In this document: positions 1 to 12,872 of the stretch, piece by piece | Numbering within the stretch: the first letter of the stretch is position 1 | Layout: the number at the start of each line of letters is the position of its first letter | Origin: Phoronis australis | Taxonomy: Eukaryota; Animalia; Phoronida | Assembly: GCA_002633005.1 (NCBI GenBank) | Contig: NMRA01000252.1 | Location: 403,646-467,645, forward strand | DNA length: 64,000 bases | Direction: 5' to 3' | Position numbers and translations under genes: made by a program | Notes under the pieces: model-generated | What the model saw: the letters and a program-made list of their open reading frames with translations, nothing else | What the model was told of the DNA's origin: nothing | Databases searched by the model: none

Positions 1-24
1 AAAACGTATGGCACGCTCACTTAC

Positions 25-93
25 CCGTGTTCGTGTAATCGTCTGCAGGCGGATCCAGTTTGTCCAGAGCAAACCCTGCATCCATCACGTCCC
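25..93 (-). CDS. Internal coding exon of an unidentified gene continuing off the left edge ((G)DVMDAGFALDKLDPPADDYTNT(G))
   Basis: Minus strand reads tttcag|GGGAC...ACACGG|gtaagt. The exon is 69 nt, phase 1-1 and open, and phase-compatible with the candidate first exon at 6051-6063. Protein not recognised. Confidence 0.65.
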
Positions 94-689
94 CTGAAAC
101 AATTCATGATTACTTAATTTAGTCATCTGTTTGCAAACATTTAAATATAGTTAGCAAACACACAATTGTGAGCTTATCATAGTCCGTATTACAGTGCGAA
201 TAAGTCAAATCATAAACAAACTAGCGACGCCTGGTGTGGTAGTGAAATTCAAATATAATTTTGATTATTTCGTATTTCTTAAAAACGTTTGATTGCGTGT
301 GGCAAGATCATATTTTGGGAATAAAATTAAACTAGATTAGTTAGCGGGCAAATTTGTTTCACGAAATTTTCAACTAAAAAGATGTGAAGAGTATATATTT
401 AAGGCCGCATTTTGTCCTGTTTATGTGGTTAGCTATAACAAAAATTGAATTAATCCTTTCTTTCTCATGAAATCGACCTTGTAACATTTTTCAACGTGCC
501 AGGACACTGTTTCGGTTAGCAAGTTGATTACAACCGATGCGTGCACACTCCATTTTAATTCTTAAGTTTAGGGTGGATCAAGCACAAGGAACTGTAAGGC
601 GTTTTCACGAGTCGCTGATGATTGTCCTTGTTGGTAGCGCAAATTAAGTCATATCGCTATAAGCAATATAAACGTAATATTATAATTAA

Positions 690-800
690 ATTATTATTAC
701 TATTTTTGTTATTATTACTTTTGTTGCTGTTATTGTTATTGTTATTATTTCTATTATTATTGTTATTAGTATTAGCATTATTATTTATTTTTGTTATTAA
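690..800. repeat. (TTA/TTG)n microsatellite
   Basis: Direct reading; source of the poly-L and poly-N ORFs. Confidence 0.9.
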
Positions 801-1473
801 TATAATGAGAGAAAGTTGCCTAATGACATTAGTCAGGTAAAAGATGCAAAATTGAGCTACAGTGAACAGAGTCGGTGTGAGAGTATTGACAAGCTGTGAA
901 TTAGCAAGATAATAAAGTTTTACCTGGATTGCTGTCTTAGTTTTTATGATAAAATGTATTATCAAAATAGGCAATGGTACCAATGTGGGGAAAAGTAAAG
1001 TGTTTGTCAATAAAATCACATGGAACAAAGATTGTGGACAAGATTTCTCAATCACACCAACTATGTTGCAAACATTTTCACAACATGATACAAAGTGATT
1101 TTCGTATCGATTTGTTAGAAATGATCAAACTATTTCGAAATTATAATGTTTAGGTCATAATGTAGGACGGATATACCCATCTAAATAACGAATTTCATTG
1201 TTGCATTTGTCTTGGTCAAACAATTTAACTAAAACTGCCAACCTAGTCGATCCAGACTGTACTGTGTACTGCAGCCTGTGATCGTATAACGAAGCTCAAG
1301 TCTCACATATGACGAAGACCCGATCGCCTGAACCTCTATACGGGTCGTCGGTCATTTTCATAAAAAACACTGCATAACAAAGTTCACGCTAGTGTATAAC
1401 TATGATCACGTGATACGATATCTTGAGTAATGATAGACAACTCTGAAGCAGACGACTTGTAGCTTTCTCTTGC

Positions 1474-1517
<44 letters not shown>

Positions 1518-1755
1518 GATGTCTGAATGCAACTGCATTTAACTATGCAACTGCGCACATAACAAATTCCCGTACATGTATACTGGTTAGGCTTGGTCTT
1601 GAGGTGGCCCATGCTGATGGTGGGGGTGGTAATAATAATAATAATAATAACAACAACAACAACAACAATAATAATAACAATAATAATAATAATGGCGATA
1701 ATGATGGTGTTGATGATGATGACGATAATGATAATAATGGTAATAATAACAATAA
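1474..1755. repeat. (TAA)n at about 1474-1517 and compound (AAT/AAC/GAT)n at about 1630-1755
   Basis: Direct reading. Confidence 0.9.
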
Positions 1756-4700
1756 TTTGTTTCGATTTATTCCTTATTCGTATCTACCCATCTGGAGTTT
1801 CTCGTAGAATGTATTGTTCGTTAAAATTTAATTTTTAAATTAGCAACAAAAAGATTACAAAATGATAGTAGAATTTTGCAACCTGTTTAGGAAGAGAATG
1901 GTGGAATGTCCACAATGCTCACAAAGTTTGCTCAGTTGATCAGCAGAATAATAACAAGCAACTATCAATAATCTTCCATCAAAACCATTGGCCGGAGAAC
2001 AAATCGTTGGGAAAAATGGGTCAGGTGAGGCTCTTTGGAAAGTCGAATATTTTAGTTAATTGAATGTCATTTAATGTAACGACATAAAAGAAATTCATTT
2101 CACAATTGTAACTCATTGGTACATTCATTGGTACATTCATTACGTCTCGTGTGTATTTAATTTATTTTTTTTTTTTAACTAATGTCATGAATTAAGATTT
2201 CAGTCAACTTCAGGAACACCACAAATGATTCACTCCTATTGATGAGGGCATAATGATATTTCAAGAGGAAAACATTTCCATTAAAACGCGGTCATTTCAC
2301 TAGACACACGCCTCACGTGACTTACATATCATATTCGCCATTAAAGAGTTGAACATATATTCAAAATGTGAGCAAATGTATGCCGACGATGTCGCCCATT
2401 CTTTGTTTAACTTAACTGCCCGTATCCACCACTAGCGAGTTATGAAAGAGGAGAGTTTTGAAACAGAAATGACACGACTGGATGTAAAAGTTCACGCCAC
2501 AGTGTTGGTCATTAACGCGACAGCGCGTGCGAGGCATCATGCAAATTTTTTCGGGTCCCTTGAAAATGTTCAGGCTCTCACTAAACAAACTAGTTTTTAT
2601 AGACATTTTTTTTGAAAAATAAGGAAATCGCTAACTGCTATGCGTTTGCTCATTTTTATTTCTCAGCTTAAGGTGAAAGGTTATAGTGCTAATATTCCAT
2701 CGACAGTTATATGGTAGTGTGCAGTACAAGTATAGTTCAGTCCAGGACATGAATAGATCAATTAATTTATTATTAATGCAAAACATCTTCAGTCAGGAAG
2801 ACGATCCATTTATTTAAACGTCGTGTAGAAATTGAGCAAATATTTCAAAACTCACTAGACTTTAGCCATTTTCTGCCTATGACTTCTATTTCAAACCAGA
2901 ATTAATTAATGCCTACCTGTATTTTTACCACGATGTTTCTATCACTCAATTACACCATTACCTTTAACGATTAACCGATATATCACGAACTTAGATCTAA
3001 TTTATTATGTTTAAGAAAAAACGTAACGGTTCAAACTAAACAATTTTATTCTAAGCCACAAAAACTATAGCGAGATATCTAACACAATCATGAGATACAA
3101 AAATGCACATGCCTCCAAGGAACTTGGATTCTTTGCAATGATTTCTAAGCGAAGAACGACTACCATCGCATAATGTAAACTGAGAAGCTTTAACACCTAT
3201 ATAACGTGATAGTTGGTCATAAATATCCGTTAGGTAACCGCTTTAAGGTATGACCGAATTATTAAGAACAATTCAAACGTTGACTTCCCGGTGGTAGCGC
3301 ACCAGCGGAACGGTAGCACCAGTAGTGGTCCACAGCAGGTACTCCAGTTGTTCTCGCAAGCGCTTGTGAGCCCGCGGCTACTGATCTGAAAGTCGGTTTG
3401 ACATGTTGCATAGAATTTCGACACTTCCGAAAAATTAACACAATCTAATTTTCTATTCGTCTACGGCTCGTTGGTGTGACGGAACTCGAGGTTCGCTGCA
3501 CCAAAAAAGGAAGAGAACTTCAGAAGTGTGAATTCCTACTAAAACAACCTCATTGAACTGGTGCACATTATACGTGATTGTTGGATAAGGTGCTGAAGGC
3601 AGGTGACCGCGTGATTAATTGTCGAGTCTCTTGCAAACCAGTGGGTTCACCGCCGAGGTTGGTTTATCAAAAAACAAACACAAATAGCGGCTACGGTTAT
3701 ACTCACGTACATGTATGCAAGGGTAGGAATATCTCTGTTTAGTTGGAATATTAACGACAAACACTGGAGCAATGTGACCGTGAGATCTCACTGAGATCGC
3801 CTGTTTATGCTTTCGCTACGTAGCCAATCAGCTAACCGTTTGAAGAAGCTGTTAATAGATGATGGAGAATAAAAAATATGCTGCAATAAACCTTAGAACA
3901 GGTGGAGCTAGGTGGAGCAATTATTGACATGAAAAACTAATGAACGCGGACAGACACATGTATGAGGGCTAAAATCACTCAACTTTCTATTTAACGTTTG
4001 CCTTTTACAAAGTGGGACGGTACTTATACAAACACAGCGGGGTTTCATTGGAAGAAAGACCATTAGTTACGAAAAAGAATGTGAAAAATCATAACTATCT
4101 CCCAGAATTTCTAGGACTATATTGATTTTTGAGAAGTGTTTAGCGAATTTTTCTTACATAAATGTCAAAGTTTAGTTTTGCAGCAACCCTTCAAATATTT
4201 TCGACAAGCCAGGACCGTTATATTGCCGACTTGAATATTTGTTACCCACATGGGATGGTATGTAATAGAACGTCGTACATCGAGGATAGTTGAGTGGATA
4301 TGAATAATGGTAAGCAATACTTAATTAATATAAATAATAAGTTATTTACTATCTCCCGAAGTAAACCTGCAACTTTGACGAGGTTGTGATTTTGATTTAA
4401 AGAACCGGCACTGAAAAGGAATTAATTGTTCTGTTCGAGATGGCGTTCCAACATTGCGGTGCAATTGCACATGGAGGGAGACTGAACAGTGTCACCGACC
4501 GAGAAACGAGAAATGTAAACGGATATGTGTAAGTGAGCGAAATGTTGGACTTAGAATATAAGAAGGCGTGTAATTTAGAGCCAAGTAAGCCGTCTCCATA
4601 GATGAGCAACGTGAAATATGTAACAGACAGCACTGTTATATTAGTGAAATCAAACATTTGCAAATGTAACTAAAATAAATTTTTGGGAAGCTGATTATTT

Positions 4701-6050
4701 AATAATGAAATGGTTTACTTTACTTGTAATTACCCGAGGACACTCTTCTGTGAATTCGTTGTTTCAAGAAACGAACTGGTTCTGCGAATTGTGTTGTTGT
4801 GTTTGGGATGCGTCGTCGTCGTTTTTTTATCTTTGCTCTTATTGCTTGCACAAAAACTTTACAGCGAACTCTATCTAAGGATTATTTGCCCCAAAACACA
4901 AAACTCAGATGAAAATTACAACCTGGAGGAAACAAAATAATTTGATTGGGCTTAAAACATTTTTACATATAGTGTGAAAGATAAATAGATGGAGTCGATC
5001 TATTAGTATCATGAATTCATTTTCGAAATAGAATTGCATAATTTGAACGTCCTTTGCATAAGAGACATCATAACTATCGCTATTTTTCTCACGTGGAAGA
5101 GTGCGACGAATATGAGGCAGGCACTCAACCCAACCGTTTCGACGCAGTCATCAGTTCATATACTCTGCAATTTGTTCTCACTTGAGAAAAAGTATGAACA
5201 TGTACCCCTTCTCAGATGTACTCACATGAAAACATAGCAAGCTGGTGGTTATATATCACAGCTATAGCTGTTGAAATATTTTGCCCCTGACAAATTTTAC
5301 TCAACGAAATATCTCGAGGACCGAAATTCCATCAGTGGCTGTGTCTCAAAGTCACGCGCATTTATAGAATAACTCGTACGTATTAGGTATAACTAGCAAC
5401 ACAATAGGTATTGAATGAGTAAAACTGAACGACAGGCCAAGTAGACAACACACATTCACACCTCAAACGGTACCGAAATAACTTGTTGTGTTGGGCCCGT
5501 TCTAAGTCACTAACTATCAACAATATAACATCCAACATCAGCCCAAATGTCAATTATAATATGCGATCAAAACATGGCTTGGTTGAACAAAGCGATCACT
5601 GACTCACGAGTTGACGCTTTGAGTACAGTCGTTCAAACTATGGCCTATAGCCAGGTCTAGCTCAGGAAATAAGACAAGCTTTATAAACCGATTTGTTAAT
5701 ATTCATTCTAGTTTTCTCTAGATGCATTTTATTCGTGTTGGACTGGAACTCGGAGAGGCAAACGGCATCTGTTGTACTTTAAGTGCTCGTAAACGCTCAT
5801 TATTTTAATATCATTCAAAGCTATGCTTCAAAATGTATTTGCCTAGTTGTCAATGTGATACATCAATATAAGTTTGAAGCCTGTCAAATAAATATGAGGC
5901 CAGCTTGAGCCACCATAAAAAATACCAATCCATTTTTAAAGCGTAACGCGACTGTAAATAAATAATGAACTTAAAATTTTGTTTTGCAGACTACAGCAGG
6001 GTCTCCTGTTTGAGGGCACATAAAGAAGGTTTATATCTATGAAGTCTTAC

Positions 6051-6072
6051 CTGCTATCGACATGCTATGCAT
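6051..6072 (-). CDS. Candidate first coding exon of the same gene ((MHS)MSIA(G))
   Basis: ATG at 6063 (in-frame ATG also at 6072), then GCAG|gtaaga donor in phase 1 matching the 25-93 exon. CCAAT motifs at about 6168 and 6205 lie just upstream. Confidence 0.5.
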
Positions 6073-7916
6073 CCGTCGGCTTTATACGCTGGCTTTGATA
6101 GCATTGTACTATCGACACCCGTCCATAAATACACATATCCATCAAACATTATCACAGTCTGCCGTTAGCCAATCACAGTCGACATAGGCATCACCGGATA
6201 CAGGGATTGGTCGACTTAGTAGGTACGTTCGTCAAGCGGCTGACGATGCTTCGCTCAGTACACAGGTCTTCAAGTTCAAACAAATCAAACTAATTTCAGC
6301 AGGTTCATGCTAGCGACGCGTGTCTTTCAAATTTTTCGTAAAATATGGAAAATATTTCCCATACATAAACGGGACCTTTTAATGAGGTCCATAGTTAAGA
6401 TTTTAATATTTCAACACATAAGTTATAAATCGACTACTACCTACCTTCAGTCATAAAAACTTCTTACTTAGACCACTGACCGTTTTGAAAATGGTTTCAA
6501 CTTGCTAGTTGGAAGTTAGAAATGATTTATGTCATTCGAAAAACTGCACATTCCGTATAATGTCAAAGATCTATAAGTTTGTTTGTCAGGTTATTAACAT
6601 ATTTACACCGAACATGGTCTGAAATACTAAACAACGAGATTACATAGTTCTAGCCCGAAAACCAGTTGCGTATGAGCTGGGAACAAGATGAAGCCAAATT
6701 TAGGTGGGAAATGTGTCTAAATAAAAAGTTTATCTTCTTTGGCGAAGAGCGAGGTTGTAATAACTCCTGCAGAACTTTTCAGGCGTCTTCCACGCGGTAA
6801 ACTTGAACTAACTCGAACTTAAAACAAATTACCCAAGTTACACTCACTTAGTGACAATAGGGGGCAGGAATTAACCTTTTCGCTCGCTAATTTTCAACAT
6901 GTTCGGGTCTATTCTGGTATGAACTATTAGTGTCTGTTATTCTGTGTTCGAGTATGTTATAGCTTGCGTTACATAATTTTATTTTGCACTTGATGACCCC
7001 AGCATAAAAGCCACAAATTTGGACTACCCGATAATTTGCGGAATCCGTATTATAGTCAAGCACAGAATAATAGATAATGATAAATAATTATCTTAAGTTC
7101 GTATTAAAGGAGAACAATATTTTTTAGTTCGGTTTTGAGTCTCTGACCTTTAACCTTTCAACCAATATTAGCCGCTATACTGTGATCACTAATAGGAGCA
7201 TTTTAAAGGTAAAACATTTTTAAACAATAAAATCATCTTTATTTCAAAAATATCGACACAATTTCTTTTTTTGCACCTATTGAAGTGTTCCACTAAAAAC
7301 GAACACTCACGTGACCATAGTCAAGGTTACGTGAATACACTGATGCTGTCACTTCATTCGTAAATACGTCACAAAGACGCGTGAGAGGTAAGGTCAGGGT
7401 CGTTAGCAACGGGTACGTCAATGAATAACTAAATACATCAAACAAGATTTGGAACTCCGAAGAACCTTGTCATTGCAGGATTTGAATTATGACTACATAC
7501 TCACGTGCTTCAGTGTTGACCTACGTTGATGATGCCATACATGTTATATTGTATAAAATGAAATACAATATATATAAAGTTGATATAAAATGAAATACAA
7601 TATATATAAAGTTGATCTCGGATAATGTTTTTATGCTAAGCGTTTTTTCGGGTGGCCGAATACTTCCGTTTCTAAAAGTGTGGCTGTCCCTCAAATGGCA
7701 TGTTAAATCCGTCACTGAAATACTGATTGACATTTCATTCTATGCCGCTCGCACTTTTAGGCTCATGCAAATGTACATGAAAAGTTTATATCTGAATTTA
7801 CATGTAGGCTAATGCGTGCTTATTCTCAACACTTGTGTGGAATCAAGAGGGAGTTTTGAAATGGCGTGAGAGTGAAGGTCGAGTTATTCGTTAACAAGAC
7901 AGCTGCTGGCATGCTT

Positions 7917-7966
7917 TGAATGCTGTATTATTGAATGCTGTATTATTGAATGCTGTATTATTGAAC
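7917..7966. repeat. 15-bp tandem repeat (gaatgctgtattatt) x3
   Basis: Direct reading. Confidence 0.85.
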
Positions 7967-9422
7967 TATTTGTGGGTGTATCGAGAGAGCACATTGCAAG
8001 ACCCGCAGGACGGACACGTGACAAGTGCCAGTAGACCCTTATACCTACATGTATGCGCTGATGTGAGAAACATTCGTACAAACAAGAGTTGTCAATGTAT
8101 TCTCTTATGTATAAGATCTGTATAAAAACGTTGAACATAAAACGAAATAATATTTCATTCAGTTAGCGCTCCGTTAAATTTCGGGCCTTGGACTGCGAGA
8201 AAAATTAATGCAAAATGACAAGTAGTTTATGTTTGACCTAAGGTTTCCAATGCAATGCGATCTAGATTAGACAAAGAGGGTGAGGTGATAATTTGTTTCA
8301 TGAACCGACGTCGTTTCTGTTATATGTAAACAGGTCTACAATAGAAGAAAATGACGATGTGTTTAAAAAATACACTATGACTGAATACAACACACAGTAG
8401 AGCACAGTTGGGCATTATTAGACAATCAGTACAATCAAGCAGATATTGTCATTCAATAAGGCAAACTTCCCACCACACCTAATCTAGATGACAAGGCTTC
8501 AGCTAAACCTAATCAGTTCATTATGTTGCAATACTGAATATCCGTGTCATAGTAGGAGAAACTTTCCCTAAGTTAAAACTATCGAACAACGAATTGCTGT
8601 TCAGGTAGACTGCAGTAAGGGGCTGTAGACGTGTTATAACTGTGTTTATCATACTGGCCTGCTTGCAACATTAGCAGGTTGAGATGTGAGCATAATTTAC
8701 GCCTTATTGAGATTAAGGGTGAATTATTTTGCAAAACATCTAAGTGTCATACATGTACATGTACATTCTGCACCGTGTACGGTTTTCAGGATAAAGTGCC
8801 TGCATGCGACATACGCCCCAGGATGAATAACAATTAATATTATTAAAGTCATTAAAATTTCAAATTTTGTAATGCTTCAGTCAGCTGAGAAGGTGACATA
8901 CAGGAAGTATACAGATGTATGTGCTTTCAATGCTTTCTAAAACAAAACGTATGTCAGCTGTAAACGTATGTCAGCTGTAAACGTACAGTATGGAAGTTGA
9001 ACTAAGCTTTACGATATTATGAAAATAAGACATTGTTTTTTTAACTTGTAGATTGTAAAGTGACAGTATTTTTCACGAATCGATTATCAAAAGGAAAAGT
9101 GTGTGAAATTCCAGGATGTGAAAACATCAATGCATTTTTTATGGGTTTAATCATTTTTTATCATTCACACAAATTTCTTGTTTCCTTTTTGGAAGAGTTG
9201 TTACTGGCGTGTCAACTTACATGAATCAATTTCCAGGCTAGGCTAGAATTCGGGATCTTGAATTCTTTCAACTTGCGTGCACTGCACAATATAGCTTCTG
9301 CACTTAGGGACAGTAAAAGCAAAAGTTATTTTAAGAACTCAATAATATTAAAAGCAACGTGAAATAAAAAGACTGTTCCAGATACAGGGCACCACAACCT
9401 AGCACGAACCATCGGCTAACAA

Positions 9423-9636
9423 ACATATAGCGCCCTGCCTGACATAGCGCCCTACCTGTCATATGCATGTAGTTCTACCTGACATATAGCCCTCCCTGAC
9501 ATACAACCGTACCTGACATATAGCCCTACCTGACATGTAGCTCTACGTGACATGTAGCCCACTCCACATATAGCCCTACCCGACACATATGTCTACCTGA
9601 CATATAGCCCTACCTGACACATAGCCTTACCGGACA
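9423..9636. repeat. Degenerate ~17-bp minisatellite (tgacatatagccctacc)
   Basis: About a dozen imperfect units visible. Confidence 0.85.
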
Positions 9637-10903
9637 TTCGTACATGTATCACACGAAAAAATTGATGTAATCGGTATTTTCCATTAAAGTATTTTTAAAA
9701 AGTCTCAATTATTTTTGCTAGAACTGTTTGTTGTGGGAACAAATAAAAAAATTAAATGTCACGACAACAACAAAAAGTTTCGTTTAAAATAGCTAATTGT
9801 AGGATATTCCATCACCAGAGAAACCTTTGATTAAAACTTCACTTCTGAATACGGAATGCCAGCTTTGCCATCTTTTGAAGTCTGTGTTACGCGAACAGCA
9901 AGGCCACATTGAGCGCCGCCTTACGTGCAGATCTCACTTTACAAGAGTGAGGGTAATGTATAGTGATTGCACCATGATCGCTAATGGTCGATAAATCCGC
10001 TATTAGAGTTAAACGCCAAGGGCTCGAGTTTGATTTCCCATAACCGAATAATCGGAAACGTTATTTACCGGAAACTGACGACAACAATAGAAGATGTTTT
10101 TAGCAGATTCCTTCAGTTGTTGAGTGTCGCTCACAAGTTTGTGACTATTTTGAAAATTGATGCTGCGATGGGGTAGTTTTTAATCGTTTGTTTGTTCAAA
10201 TACATAAAGTCACCCTATGAGACGAGTATTTTTTCATTCACTCAGTTGAAACTAGTCTCATCAGTGATGGAGTGACGCGATTTGTTGCACGACAGATATG
10301 ATGGGGTACCGCGGGATGATCCGAATATTAAGTGTTATCCATGTAACTCGTGCACATCCAGACACTTTATAAAGTAGAACATCTTAAACCTCATGCAGAA
10401 TTTGATTATGAGTACAAAGATACACTCCTTGGCCTGACCTGAACTCCATACACTGGTCTGCCGGTGCAAGAATCTCACGAAGGAAACTTGTGTGATATCA
10501 CGTGTTCCGATAGTAGTATAGGGCAATATTTTGTGAAAAGTCTAGTAATTGAAATTTTACTAAAGTTATAGGGAGCATGATCGAGACAAAGATAAACGCC
10601 CATTATCCAGCAGCATCACCGACAACGTGTGACGTCACGGGCTAGACTCCCAATACTTTGCTTGTTCCATTTCTTGAACAACGTTTTGTATTCAAAGTTT
10701 GAATTAGTAGCGTTATCCTAACAACGGCAACACACTGCCGCTGTTGAGCTGGAGAACTTGGCACACGAGTGACGTCCCTTGTTTGCGAATTTAAACAGAA
10801 AGAAGACGCCCTAAGGAGCGACACTTGGCGAAATTGAATTATGCAAGAAATTTAAAACGATAACCATGGTGACGATATTTTCATAATCTCTTCTGTAAAC
10901 TTA

Positions 10904-10984
10904 AATTCATACAATGAATTATAGCATTACTACCCAGTAATGCTATAATTCATACAATGAATTATAGTATTACTACCCAGTAAT
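10904..10984. repeat. 43-bp unit built from an 18-bp perfect inverted repeat, repeated about 1.9 times
   Basis: atgaattatagcattact-accc-agtaatgctataattcat (10914-10953), flanked by further alternating arms. Confidence 0.85.
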
Positions 10985-12775
10985 CAACAGCGTTGATGAC
11001 ATAACTTAGCTAAAGATAGTTCAACAAAGTGAAGAGAATTGAAAACCAGTAAGCAAAATAGCATCCATCAGTACAATTCGAATAATTTGAAAACGGAAGT
11101 CGTAGAGAAGCGCAAGCGCCATATTCTGACGAAATCACCGCGTTCAGAAAGATCCGTCACTGAGAGAACCGCCGCCGGTGATACAATGAAAAAAGCAGCC
11201 GCCACAGCACCATTTCAATAATAAAATATGTAAATTATTCATCGTCAGCCTATGATACGCTATTATCAATTTAAACTATTTTCATTACGTAAATCAGTAT
11301 AACTTGGTCAGCATGTTCCATAAACTTTAATTACCAGGTATGTTACTTTAAGTATAGCGTGCTTTGTCAAAATCTGTGCCGATACTCCAGTCAATCAAGT
11401 ATTCTCGTAACTTCAATGGGGGTAATAACTAGTTAATAAACTAGTACCCTCATTGAGACACTAAACCCATCGAACTCGATGCGGGTTCTAGACGTCTCTA
11501 CTCATTCCCAATGGCTTAAGAGAAAAAGTTCATTTAAGTCATCTTTTTGTGTCATCGTTTTTTCCGTAACCAAGCGCGCAAAAGCATCCCCACCGGTCCT
11601 TCAACTTACACGTGAACGTCTTCCCATAAGACATCCTATACTTCTGATTAACTCTGAAGGTCTTCGCGTAAGACAACTTGTCCTACTAATAAAACAGGAC
11701 ATTTAGCTTGTGAGGAGTACTGATCACATAATGACCACTCGCTTGGAACGTGGCACTTGTTAAAATTTGTTGCAAAGCATTTTGAGCTGTGTGCTTTTAA
11801 CGATGCACGTGAGAGCTCATTGTCTGCGCATGCGTCATCACCCAATTGAAATACAAGGGAACCGAAAGAAGTTGATGCCACTTGAAACTTCATGTAACTA
11901 GACATGTGTGTCTTTATGAGCTCGTTGACTGATCTACGATGTTCATAAAGTGGCCATGGCGGGGGTATTTGGGGGTCTTGGGGTGTGGGACTGTGGGGGT
12001 CTCATCCTCTAACTATGAAGTTCCTTAGTATCTTCAAAAGGCAACTTTCTTATGTAGTCATCAGGTGAGTACAGCGCCGAGAGTGACAATTTGTGCGAGG
12101 TAATTTGTACAAAACCCTAGCTCCAGTGAGACTATTTGCAAATGTTATACACTTAATAACCTGAAATTAAGTGATATGGTGATGGAATCATTCTGTATAA
12201 TGTTCACGTAACTACCATTTGTATTCCATTATCTTGACCGACCCCAGTCACTGTTGCTTTAAGTTGCTTTATTAAACAGTAAAACTGAAATTCGTTTTGA
12301 AATAATGAAAATTTAAAATAAAATACATTCACTAAAAGACTCCCTCCCCCGTTTGGCAAAATGGACAAAAAGGTCCGCCTCAGAGAAACAAAAAGTCCGA
12401 GAAAGCAGTACAAAATGCAAAGGAATTCGGCGCGAGTGCACAATTCGTAGGTCTGAACCTGGTACCCCGTTTTTATACCTTGATTACTTTTTTCAGGAAA
12501 AGGTCCAAATAACGTAAAATTTGAGCCCTCCACCTATATTCTACGCTGGGTGCGCGCATGTTTCCCTGACATGTTTAGCAGTGCCCAGTTCTGACAACTA
12601 AATACATGACACTCTGAAAAGTTTTAGAGATATCAAAACAATTCGTTCGTTGGCAACATAGTTACAGACCATTAATTGGTGAGTCGGAACTTTACGAGTC
12701 CCAATCCGGCTAAGTACACATCGTCCATAACGCTAAGCCGTTTTTCAGGTGTGATAATTGTTCAATCAACCGGTG

Positions 12776-12872
12776 AGTAGCCACATAGCTATCATAAGTA
12801 GCCACATAGCTATCATAAGTAGCCACATAGCTATCATAAGTAGCCACATAGCTATCATAAGTAGCCACATAG
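12776..12872. repeat. 21-bp minisatellite (gtagccacatagctatcataa) x~4.6
   Basis: Direct reading. Confidence 0.9.

Noticed and set aside
622-1838. Poly-L/N/I ORFs
   Set aside because: Translations of trinucleotide microsatellites; no splice or domain support.
3230-3500. GC-richer block with open frames inside the predicted intron
   Set aside because: No convincing splice sites or recognisable peptide in any frame.
9970-10050. tRNA/SINE-like A and B boxes
   Set aside because: Too degenerate to fold as a cloverleaf; not called.
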